64,000 bases of DNA, from contig NC_087437.1 in assembly GCF_036321535.1 (NCBI RefSeq), positions 39,434,001-39,498,000 of the forward strand, given 5' to 3'. The stretch is from Camelus dromedarius (taxonomy: Eukaryota). Below the pieces are notes generated by a model, which was given only the letters and a program-made list of their open reading frames with translations, had not been told where the DNA came from and made no database searches. A program made the translations under genes and the position numbers. Below, one piece after another: positions 24,690 through 36,298 of this stretch; the first letter of the stretch is position 1, and each line of letters begins with the position of its first letter.

Positions 24690-26753
24690 ATGGCCACCAA
24701 AATCTGTTGGAGCTAATAAATGAATTCAGTAATGTTGCAAGATACTAAGTCAATATATACAAAACAAGTTGTGATTCTATACCTTAACAATAAGCCATCA
24801 GAAATAGAAATTAAGAAACCAATCCATTTATAATTATATCAAAGATAATAAAATATCTAGGAATAAATTTAACTAAGAAAGTAAAAAAAGATATGCACAC
24901 TGAAAACTATAAGACATTGATAAAACAAATTGAAGAAGACACACATAAATGGCTATATATTCTGTACTCATAGATTGAAAGAATTAATATGATTAAAATA
25001 TCCATACTACCCAAAATAATCCACAATTCAATCCAATCCCTATTAAAATTCCAATGGCATTTTTCACAGAAATAGGGCAAACAATTCTAAAATATGTATG
25101 GAACCACAGATCTTGAATTACCAAAGCAATCTTGAGAAAGGAAAACAAAACTGAAGGAACCACACTTACTGATTTCAAACATATTACAAAGGTATAGTAA
25201 TCAAACACTATGGTATTAGCATAAAAACACACAGATCAATAGAACAGACTAGAGAGCCTAGAAACAAGCCTGAGTATTTATGGTCAATGAATTTATGACA
25301 AACGAGAATACACAATAAAATAGAATATACAATAAGGAAAGAGCAGTCTCTTCAATAAATGGTGTTGGGAAAACTGGATAGCCACATGCAAAAGAATGAA
25401 ACCGGACCCCTATCCTACCCCATAAACCAACATCAACTCAAAGTGGATTAAATACTTGAATGAAAGACCTGAAACCATAAAATTTCTGGAAGAAAAAAAT
25501 TTTTTTTGTATTTGACACAAAAGCAAAGGCAACAAAAGCAAAAATAAAGACATTGGACTACATCAAATTAAAAACCTTTAGCACAGCAAAAGAAACCATT
25601 AACAAATAGAAGAGGGAACCTGTGAATAGAAGAAAATACTTGAAAATCATTTATCTGATAAGGGGTTAATATCCAAAATATATAAGGAACTTATACAACT
25701 CTGTAGCAAAAGAAAAAAAAAACACAAAAAACAGTTAAATTACAAAATGGACAGAGGAATTGAATAGATGTTTTCCCAAAGAAGACATACAAATGGCCAA
25801 CAGATACTTAAAACTTGTTCAGCATCACTAATCATCAGGCAAATGCAAATCAAAACCATAATGAGATATCACCTCACACTTACTGGAATGACTTTTATCA
25901 AAAAGACAAATGATAACAAATGTCAAAAAGGATGTGGAGAAAAGGGAAGAACGCTTGTGCACCGTTGGTAGGAATATAAATTGGTGCAGCCACTATAGAA
26001 AATAGTATGAAGTTTCCTCAAAAAATTAAATAGCACTACCATATGATTCAGCTATTCTAACTTGTGAATATATCTGAGGGAAACAAAATCACTATCTTGA
26101 AAGAGATGTGAACCCTCATGTTTATTGCAGCATTATTTATAATAGCCAAGACATGGAAACAACCTAAGTGTTCACTGGTGGATAAATGGATAAAAAAGTA
26201 AAAAAAAAAAAAAAAATCCAAACACACAATGGAATATTATTCAGCCATAAAAATGGAAATCCTGCCATTTTCAACAACATGGATGAATCTTGAGGGCATT
26301 ATGCTAAATGAAATAAATCAGACAGAGAGACACACAGAGAGAGAGAGACAAATACTGTATGATCTCATTTACATATGCAATCGTAAATAAAAACCAAACT
26401 CACAGAAGTAGAGGACAGACTGGTGGTTGCCAGAGGTAGGGGGCAGCACATGGAGAAATGGATGCAGGTGGTCAAAAGGCACAAATTTCTGGCTATAAGA
26501 TTAGTAAGTCCTAAGGATATAGTGTAAAGCATGACTATAGTTAACAATACTGTATTGTATATTTGAAAATCACTAAGACAGTAGATCTTAAAAGTTCTCA
26601 TCACAAGAAAAAATAAATTCTGTGTGAGATGATGGATGTCAACTAGACATTAAGGTAATCATTTCACAATATATACAAATATCAAATCATGATACTGTAT
26701 ACCTAAAACTAATACAGCATTATATGTCAATTATCGCACTGAAAAAAAAAAAA
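24690..26753 (+). mobile_element. 5'-truncated L1 (L1MA9-like), ~2.06 kb: degenerate ORF2 C-terminal part, 3' UTR and A-tail
   Basis: Remnant ORF2 peptides (e.g. [20 protein letters not shown]) parallel the young L1 ORF2. The 3' UTR ends ...ttatatgtcaattatcgcactg followed by an A-run. Confidence 0.9.
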
Positions 26754-28599
26754 GAATGAGGCAGGTCTACATGTACTAATATAGAAAATCATGGAAAATC
26801 TCAGCAACATGGAGAAAACAGAGCATATAAGAGACTAGGAACATGCTCAGTGACATGACAGGGTCTAATGACAAACCAGGCTAATTTTGCAGCCAGAAAG
26901 GCATCTCTGCAGGCAAAAATTAGGTAACTGGACATAATAAATCACATGGAGAAGGTATAATAAACTCCTTACTTTGTTTCAAAGTAGCATTAGCCAATAA
27001 TAGGACATTTTACATTTTGCTTTGTTTTGCAAAATTACAATCATCCTGTCACTTGATCGTGATGAATCTCCTGAGGATCAAGGAAGTACAAGTATCTTCC
27101 TTATTGGGGACATGGGGGAAAAGATGGCTGAACAATGAATTGTGCCCAAGATTACTTGGAACCTTTGTGAGGACATTTGTCCAAAAAGCTAAGCAGTGTG
27201 GCTAGGGCTCGCGGTAGTGCTCAAAGGCCGCACAGACTAGTAGCCTGTCCCTTTTTTTCTCTTAAGACAGGAAGCCACAGTTGTCTACCAAACTTGGGCA
27301 TTCAATGAGCAGCATGCAGGGAATCACTCTGATCTCACTGGCAGATGTTAAAATGATAGAAAAATGCAGATAACATACATGGGAAAGTACACCCTTCTCT
27401 TTCTACAGCTGCCAGGGTGATCTGCCTTGGGGCTTAGTCTGTTTCCCATATATTCCTTAAGTAAAATCCCAGCCATCGTGGCTGGCTAAAAGAGTGAAAG
27501 AAAAAAGATGTCATCACTCAAATGTTTCCCGTGTAGGGTGTGTTTATTAGTCATCAGTCTTATATATCACCATTCAATGGAAAGGTCCACATTTACAGTA
27601 ACCATGCGCCCCTTCATTTTCTCCACGCTGCAACTAAGTCTGGACAATTTAAATGCCTCTCTAAGCATCCATTTGTGAGCCAGTGTAGCTTCTTGCCAAG
27701 TGATTGTGGCAGTGAAGTCAGGGGAATGAACAGAGCTTTACAGAACAGCTAGGGAAAATGATCTTTCCAGCAACATATCAAAATGCCCCATTTGCCTCTT
27801 CATCATCAGAGAAGATCCAAAGCTCAGTCACAGAATACCACCATTCAGAAACCTGATTCTCAGTTTATTAGGAGCCTGCTTTAGCCACCTCACGGCGAAT
27901 CAGCGTCATCTGCTGCATATGAAAGAGCTCGGCTTTTCGGTTGTTAGTTCCTGTTACCTATTTTATTAATAATCACTTGTGTTCTTTTCAATTTGAGACA
28001 TTAACTGTCTTTTAAATCAAAATGAAATGTGTACTTGGCAACTTCTGACTCAAGTATTTGGTTCCCCATAAATCCTGGAAATGACACAGTGTGCACTTTG
28101 CCTCTGGTGCACCTCTTCAAAAACCAGAGTTATGCAAGGAGGGACACTTGAGAGCCAGGGAGCCTTATCCCGTAAAACCTCCCCAAGTTCTGGGAAGCAG
28201 TGGCATGTTGAAAATGACAAGAGCAAAGCTGCTTAATCACGTGGAATCGAGTGTGTGTGTGTGTGCGTGTGTGCTCGAGTAGGCTAAATAAAGAACCACT
28301 TCCTAGCAGTCTTAAGCAATGATTTCCTGGAGTCCAATTTTCTCCTAGTTTGTTTACACTTTCATGATAATCCATGATTTTCAATTCTGATTTTATTAGG
28401 ATCATGTTTTTCACCTTCTTTATCCCACTCAACTTTTCAATCAATTACATAATTATAAATTTCTCTTCTCCAAAATGTTCTCTCACCCAATTAAAAGACA
28501 AAGGTATTTTAAAATTTTACTTTTTCCTTGCTCTCACCCTTGGTCCTACCACAAACACAGTAAGGGGGCACATGTTTGCTCAGCCCATTGCAATTGTCA

Positions 28600-28975
28600 G
28601 AATTCCTTCACCTTTAATCCTTTAGATGAGCTCATCAGATAGATAAGAAAGGTATTCTTCCCCAATTTAGAGAGAAGAAAACAGGTGCAAAGGTTAAGAA
28701 TTGTCCATTTCTGGAGTTGTCCATGGGCATTCAAGGGCAGGAGTCCTTATTCCTAATATGCCCATAATGATAATCAAAGCTACTGTATATGGAACAGTGT
28801 ACCAGGAACCACGGTCAGTGCTTTACATTCTTTCTCTCTCGGGTGAATCCTCACAAGACACTAGAAGGAATATATTAGAACCTGGTTTGAAATATGAAGG
28901 CGCAGGCTTCAGAAAATCAGAGTGCAAACCCAAGTCTGCCTCATTCACAAACTGCTGGTGTAGTCACCGTGCTCT
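28600..28975 (-). mobile_element. Two MIR SINE fragments
   Basis: cccaatttagagagaagaaaacaggtgcaaaggttaagaattgtcc and gtgtaccaggaaccacgg.cagtgctttacat...aatcctcacaa. Confidence 0.6.
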
Positions 28976-29551
28976 GGACTCCCCCAGACCAGTGCATGGA
29001 CTGTACTTGTCATCAGTAACGTTACTGACTTTCTCTTGATGAATATTTATTTTTGTATTTCCCTGGATTCTTATAAATAAGACTACTGGAGAAATAAGAG
29101 CTGATAGTGCGTATTACTAACCAAGACAAGAGTCTGGCGACATCATCCACATATTAGGAGGAGAAAAACAAGGCCACAGGAACCAGTTTGAAAGATGAGT
29201 CAATTGCTAAATGATTTCTGGGTAAGTGGAAATTTTTTTTTAACATTTTTTATTGATTTATAATCATTTTACAATGTTGTGTCAAATTCCAGTGTTCAGC
29301 ACAATTTTTCAGTTATTCATGGACATATACACACTCATTGTCACATTTTTTCCTCTGTGAGTTATCGTAACATTTTGTGTATATTTCCCTGTGCTATACA
29401 GTGTAGTCTATTCTACAATTTTGAAATCCCAGTCTATCCCTTCCCACCCTCCACCCCCCTGGTAACCACAAGCCTGTATTCTCTGTCTGTGAGTCTATTT
29501 CTGTCCTTTATTTACGCTTTGTTTTTGTTTGTTTGTTTTTGTTTTTGTTTT

Positions 29552-32500
29552 TTAGATTCCACATATGAGTGATCTAATATAGTATTTTTCTTTCTCTTTC
29601 TGGCTTACTTCACTTAGAATGACATTCTCCAGGAGCATCCATGTTGCTGCAAATAGCATTATGTTGTCAGTTTTTATGGCTGAGTAGTATTCCATTGTAT
29701 AAATATACCACCTCTTCTTTATCCAGTCACCTGTTGATGGACATTTAGGCTGTTTCCATGTTTTGGCTATTGTAAATAGTGCTGCTATGAACATTGGGGT
29801 GCAGGTGTCATCCTGAAGTAGATTTCCTTCTGGATACAAGCCCAGGAGTGGGATTCCTGGGTCATATGGTAAGTCTATTCCTAGTCTTTTGAGGAATCTC
29901 CACACTGTTTTCCATAGTGGCTGCACCAAACTGCATTCCCACCAGCAGTGTAGGAGGGTTCCCCTTTCTCCACAGCCTCTCCAGCATTTGTCATTTGTGG
30001 ATTTTTGAGTGACGGCCATTCTGACTGGTGTGAGGTGATACCTCATTGTAGTTTTGATTTGCATTTCTCTGATAATTAGTGATATTGAGCATTTTTTCAT
30101 GTGCTTTTTGATCATTTGTATGTCTTCCTTGGAGAATTGCTTGTTTAGGTCTTCTGCCCATTTTTGGATTGGGTTGTTTATTTTTTTCTTATTGAGTCGT
30201 ATGAGCTGCTTATATATTCTGGAGATCAAGCCTTTGTCGGTTTCACTTGCAAAAATTTTCTCCCATTCCGTAGGTTTTCTTCTTGTTTTATTTCTGGTTT
30301 CCTTTGCTGTGCAGAAGCTTGTAAGTTTCATCAGGTCCCATTTGTTTATTCTTGCTTTTGTTTCTTCTAGGAGAAAATTTTTGAAATGTATGTCAGATAA
30401 TGTTTTGCCTATGTTTTCCTCTAGGAGGTTTATTGTATCTTGTCTTATGTTTAAGTCTTTAATCCATTTTGAGTTGATTTTTGTATATGGTGTAAGGGAG
30501 TGTTCTAGCTTCATTGTTTTACATGCTGCTGTCCAGTTTTCCCAACACCATTGGCTGAAGAGACTGTCTTTATTCCAATGTATATTCTTGCCTCCTTTGT
30601 CAAAGATGAGTTGACCAAAAGTTTGTGGGTTCATTTCTGGGCTCTCTATTCTGTTCCATTGGTCTATATGTCTGTTTTGGTACCAATACCATGCTGTCTT
30701 GATGACTGTAGCTCTATAGTATTGTCTGAAGTCTGGAGAGTTATTCCTCCAGCCTCTTTCTTTCTCTTCAGTAATGTTTTGGCAATTCTAGGTCTTTGAT
30801 GGTTCCATATGAATTTTATTATGATTTTTTCTAGTTCTGTGAAATATGTCCTGGGTAATTGGATAGGGATTGCATTAAATCTGTAGATTGCCTTGGGCAG
30901 TGTGACCATTTTAACAATATTGATTCTTCCAATCCAAGAGCATGGAATATCTTTCCATTTTTTAAAGTCTTCTTTAATTTCCTTCATCAATGGTTTATAG
31001 TTTTCTGTGTATAATTCTTTCACCTCCTTGGTTAGATTTATTCCCAGATATTTTATTACTTTGGGTGCTATTTTAAAGGGGATTGTTTCTTTACTTTCTT
31101 CTTCTGTTGATTTATCGTTAGTGTAAAGAAATGCAACTGATTTTTGAACGTTAATTTTGTAACCTGCTACCTTGCTGAATTCTTCAATCAGCTCTAGTAG
31201 CTTTTGTGTGGACCTTTTAGGGTTTTCTATATATAGTAACATGTCATCAGCATATAATGACACTTTTACCTCTTCTTTTCCAATTTGGATCCCTTTTATT
31301 TCTTTCTCTTGCCTGACTGCTGTGGCTAGGACTTCCAGGACTATGTTGAATAGGAGTGGTGATAGTGGGCATCCTTGTCTTGTCCCAGATTTTAGTGGGA
31401 AGCTTTTGAGTTTTTCACCGTTGAGTACTATGCTGGCTGTAGGTTTGTCATATATAGCTTTTATTATGTTGAGATATGTTCCCTCTATACCCACTTTGGC
31501 GAGAGTTTTTATCATAAATGGGTGTTGAATTTTATCAAATGCTTTTTCTGCATCGATTGAGATGATCATGTGGTTTTTGTCCTTTCTCTTGTTGATGTGA
31601 TGTATTACACTGATTGATTTGCGTATGTTGAACCAGCCTTGTGTCCCTGGGATGAACCCCACTTGGTCATGATGTATAATCTTTTTTATGTGTTGTTGGA
31701 TTCTATTTGCTAAAATTTTGGTGAGGATTTTGGCGTCTATGTTCATCAGTGATATTGGCCTATAATTCTCTTTTTTTGTTGTGTCTTTGCCTGGTTTTGG
31801 TATCAGGGTGATGGTGGCTTCATAGAATGAGTTTGGGAGTATTCCCTCCTTTTCAATCGTCTGGAAGAGTTTGAGAAGGACTAGTATGAGTTCTTCTTTG
31901 TATGTTTGGTAGAATTCCCCGGTGAAGCCATCTGGTCCTGGACTTTTATTTGTAGGGAGGTTTTTAATTGCTATTTCTATTTCCTTTCTAGTGATCGGAT
32001 TGTTCAAGTGTTCAGATTCTTCTTGATTCAGTTTTGGTGGACAGTATGTTTCCAGAAACTTGTCCATCTCCTCTAGATTATCCAGTTTGGTTCCATATAG
32101 TTTTTCATAATATTCTCATATGATATTCTGTATTTCTATTTTGTTTGTTGTAATTTCTCCATTTTCCTTTCTTATTTTGCTAATTTGTGCTCTCTCTTTT
32201 TTCTTCTTTGTGAGTTTGGCCAGAGGTTTGTCGATTTTATTTACTTTTTCAAAAAACCAGCTTTTGGTTTGGTTGATTTTTTCTGTGGTCTTGTTAATCT
32301 CTATTGTATTTAATTCCTCTCTGATCTTTATTATTTCCTTCCTTCTGCTGCTTTTTGGGGCTTTTTGTTCTTCTTTTTCTAATTCATTCAGGTGGTGGGT
32401 TAAATTGTTTATTTGAGATTGTTCTTCTTTTTTGAGGAAGGCCTGTATCGCTATAAACTTCCCTCTTAGCACTGCCTTTGCTGTGTCCCATAGGTTTTGA

Positions 32501-33348
32501 GTGGTTGTGCTTTCATTATCATTTGTCTCAAGGTATTTTTTAATTTCAGCTTTGATTTCCTCATTGATCCATTGTTTTTTCAATAACATATTGTTTAATC
32601 TCCATGCTTTCCTTTTTTTCTCCTTTGCTTCTCTGTTGTTGATTTCCAGTTTCATGGCATTGTGGTCAGTAAAGATGCTTGAGATAATTTCTATCTTCTT
32701 AAAATTGTTGAGGTTTCTTTTGTGCCCAAGTACATGATCGATCCTGGAAAATGTTCCATGTGCACTTGAAAAGAATGTATATCCTATTTTTGGGGGGTGT
32801 AATGCTCTGAAAATATCCACCAAATCTAGTTTTTCTATTGTAGTATTTAATTTCTCTGTTGCCTTGTTTATTTTCTGTCTGGAAGATCTGTCTAGTGATG
32901 TTAATGCAGTGTTAAAATCTCCAACTATGATTGTATTCCCATCAATATTCCCCTTTATCTCTGTTAGTAATTCTTGTATGTACTTAGGTGCTCCTATATT
33001 GGGTGCATATATATTAACGAGTGTAATATCCTCATCTTGTATCACTCCTTTAATCATTATAAAATGTCCTTCTTTATCTTTCTTTATGGCCTTTGTTTTA
33101 AAGTCTATTTTGTCTGAAATCAGTACTGCAACACCTGCTTTTTTGGCTTTTCCATTTGCATGGAATATCCTTTTCCATCCTTTCACTCTCAATCTATATG
33201 TGTCCTTCTCCCTAAAGTGGGTCTCTTGTATGCAGCATATTGAAGGTTCTTGCTTTATTATCCAGTCTGCCACTCTGTGTCTTTTGACTGGAGCATTTAG
33301 TCCATTAACATTTACAGTAATTAATGATAGATGTGTGTTTATTGCCAT
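29552..33348 (-). pseudogene. L1 ORF2p (APE endonuclease, reverse transcriptase, Cys-rich domain), disrupted
   Basis: EN motifs NVNGLN, IQETH, IVGDFN, FTDHN; RT motifs [33 protein letters not shown]-terminal [18 protein letters not shown]. One in-frame TGA at 32118-32116 and a 1-nt deletion at ~30735 (GGITL-PDF read as GGITL-QTS). Confidence 0.97.
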
Positions 33349-33750
33349 TTTGAACTTATCTTTGCAGTTGAATTGGTATATCCTCTTTGTTCCTTTCTTC
33401 CTCCTTTTGTGGTTTGGTAATTTTCCTTTGTATTATCATGGATTTTATTTAATTTTTGTGACTCCTTTGTAAATTTTTGGCTTGTGATTACCCTTTTTTG
33501 TAAATCTATCAACCCATTACTATAACTGTTTTTATTAAAATGATAGTAACATAATCTCAAACCCATCCTACTGTTAAAAAAATTTAAAAAAGAAAGAAAA
33601 AAATATTCTATATTTCCCTGCCTCCCTCTCCCACTCTCAGTAATTTGTGTCTTCTTTTATAATTTCATGTTTACTTTATTTGTAATTCATAAGTTATCAC
33701 CTTTCCAGTTGTGTGTTTCTCATTTCTGTAGCATCCTGCTGCTTTTCTAT

Positions 33751-34640
33751 TTAGAATAGCCCTTTCAATATTTCTTTTAGCATGGGTTTAGTGTTGCTAA
33801 ACTCCTGCAGCTTTTTTTTTGTCTGTGAAACTCTTTATTTCTCCTTCTATCCTCAAGGATAGCCTTGCTGGATAAAGGATCCTAGGCTGCATCTTTTTTT
33901 TCATTCAGGGCTTTGAATATATCTTGCCACTCCCTTCTGGCCTGTAGTGTTTGTGTAGAGAAATCAGCTGAGAGCCTTATGGGGGTTCCCTTGTAACTTA
34001 CTCTTTGCTTTTCTCTTGCTGCCTTTAGAATCCTTTCTTTATCCTTGACTCTGGCCATCTTGATTATGATATGTCTTGGTGTGGGTCTATTTGGGACCCT
34101 CTGAGCTTCCTGTACTTGGATATCTGATTCCTTCTTTAAGTTTGGGAAGTTTTCAGTCATGATTTCTTCAAAAACCTTTTCAATCCCCTTTGATCTTTCT
34201 TCTCCTTCTGGGACCCCTATTATGCGAAGATTGGGACGCTTTATATTATCCCATAGGTCCCTTATGCTATTTTCATTATTTTTTATTTGCTTCTGTTGTA
34301 GTTCTTCTGAATGGGTGCTTTCTATTGCCCTGTCTTCTAGATCACTAATTCGTTCCTCTGCATTATCTAGTCGGCTTTGCACAGCTATTAGATCATTCCT
34401 CATCTCTGTCAATGAGTTTAACCATTCTACTTGGCTCTTCTTTATAGCTTCAATTTCATTTTTGACATATTTTATATCTCTAAACACTATCTCTTTTAAT
34501 TCCTTCAGCAATTCGATCACTCCTTTTTTGAAATCTTGATCTAGTAGGCTATCGATGTCTATTTCGTTGATCTTTCTTTCAGGGGATTTCTCTTGTTCTT
34601 TTAATTGGGAAAGGTTTTTCTGCTTCTTCATCTTGCTCAT
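33751..34640 (-). pseudogene. L1 ORF1p (RNA-binding chaperone), frameshifted
   Basis: MSKMKKQKN..., coiled coil, LWDNIKRPNLRIIGVPEGEE, PRHIIIK, REKQRVSYKGTPIRLSADFS, ARREW. One extra A in each of two A-runs (33894-33901, 33812-33820) breaks the frame. Removing them restores MQPRILYPARLS...KEILKGLF* (stop 33753-33751). Confidence 0.95.
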
Positions 34641-35129
34641 ACCTCTTTGGCACTGTGGTTTATGGAGTATCAGTTGTTTATTTTGGTCCTTAAGGATTTT
34701 ATCTATCTGATGCCTATTTAGGAATAGAACTTAAGAAAAAAAGAAAAAAAAATTAGAGAGAGAGAGAAAGAATTTTAAAAGAAGGGAGAAAGAGGGTTTG
34801 AAAACAGTGTATAATGAATAATAGAAGAGTGAGTTGAAGCAGAGTATTAATCGGGTTGAGACGTCCTTTTAAAACCTTTACAAAAAAAGGGGGGGGGGAT
34901 GAATAGATGTATTTGAAACCTGTGTCTAATCAATAGCAGGACATCAAAACCCCAGAAAAATAGAAATGAATTAAGAAGTAAAAATTAAGAGAGTAATAGT
35001 AAAAACAGATTTAAAAAAAAGGGGGGGGGTTGTCAGTGTTCTCCTGGAATCTGTGTGTTTTTAATGTGAAGTCTTTCTGTCTTCGTCCTGTTTTGGAAGC
35101 TCAGCTTGCTGTTTTCAGAGGCCCTCCGT

Positions 35130-36298
35130 TGGCGCCCTCTTCTGTGCTGCTCCCAGCACCTGTCAGCAAGCAGATCGCGCCTCCTCCTAACACTGGGTCA
35201 GGTGCAGCTCTCTGCTGTGGGCGGGCGGGTCGCTGCCCCTCCGGATGCTGCAGTCAGATGTTGCAGACTGGCCAGGTAGGAGGGCGGGTCGTGTCCCCTC
35301 CCAGCACCTCGGTCAGGGGCTGTGTTCCTGCCCGAAAGGCGGGGGGCCGCTCTCCCTCCACCTGCGCCGCCGGTAGCTCCGCTCTTTATGCAGCTGCGCG
35401 CTCTGCCCTGGTCGGCGCTCTTCAGGTGGGCTCGGGGAAGACCGAGGGACAGCCCTGTCCCTGCTCCGAGCTAAAACCCAGCTCCTTGTTTGTCTTTGTG
35501 GAGCAAGTTCTCTGAGGGACCAGGATGGAAGGATCCTATCTGCCCCGGGCTGCAGGCCAGTCTCAGTCTGGCCTTTGAGGCTGCTAAGCCCTTCCGTGCG
35601 GATGCAGGTTTACACCCCGCCCCCGCCTGGGTGCTCAGCACGGAGGATATGGCGGCTGTGCCTGAGCCCTGCCTCTCTTCCCCCGAAAACTTTCCGCGGG
35701 TTTTCAGAGATGGGGGTGTGCACCCTTCCCCCGGAGAGCACATCAACCTTGCTGTTTTTTGGAGGGCCCAGGTTGTTCTGCCCTGTGCACCCACAGTCAC
35801 AGCGTGCAGCCCCTTGCGTTCCCCCGGAGCTGCCTCTGTGCAGCCGCCCCCGTCCTCCGCCCGGCTTGTGCAGCCTGGCCCTGCCCGCCGCTGCCGGCCC
35901 GCGTCTCAGGCTGGGTGTCGGAGGAACGCTCTGTGCCGTTTAACTTAGTTCTGTTAGTCAAGGGCTGCTCTGTACAGATCCGAGCCTCGGAGGCTCCCCC
36001 TCCGTCCCGCTGGCCTCTCAGTTGGAGAGGGGAGACCCAGCCAGCGAGCGCCAGTCCTCCTTTGCCGCTCCCTCCCCGCGGGACCCGTCCCGCGCTGCTT
36101 TGCCTTTTGTTCTTTCTTTTTTCCTTTTCTCCTACCAGATTTTTGGCGTGTTTATCTTTTGAAGAGGGCGATGTTCTGTCGGAGTTCCGCAGGTGCTCTG
36201 GTTGGCTGAGTGGGTCTGTAGATGTGGGTCTTGGTGTATTTGTGGGAGAGGGTGACCTGCGAGTGTCCTTCTACTCCGCCGTCTTCTCCGTCTCTCTC
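35130..36298 (-). promoter_or_regulatory. L1 5' UTR CpG island / internal Pol II promoter
   Basis: The only CpG-dense, GC-rich kilobase in the window. GC boxes (gggcggg 35219, ccccgcccc 35615) and a YY1-like start motif at 36276-36285. Confidence 0.85.

Larger units (their letters stand above)
29238..36298 (-). mobile_element. Full-length young LINE-1 (~7.06 kb) with 15-bp TSD
   Basis: Identical TAAGTGGAAATTTTT at 29223-29237 and 36299-36313. Architecture: GC/CpG-rich 5' UTR (36298-34641), ORF1, ~400-nt spacer, ORF2, 3' UTR, AATAAA (complement of 29249-29254) and a short A-tail. Confidence 0.98.

Noticed and set aside
29219..29228. Consensus donor G|GTAAGT at the L1 insertion site
   Set aside because: No credible upstream exon; most likely coincidental.
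30054..34539. Plus-strand ORFs of up to 202 aa over the L1 coding region
   Set aside because: Antisense shadows of L1 ORF1/ORF2, a known by-product of L1 codon composition; no independent support.
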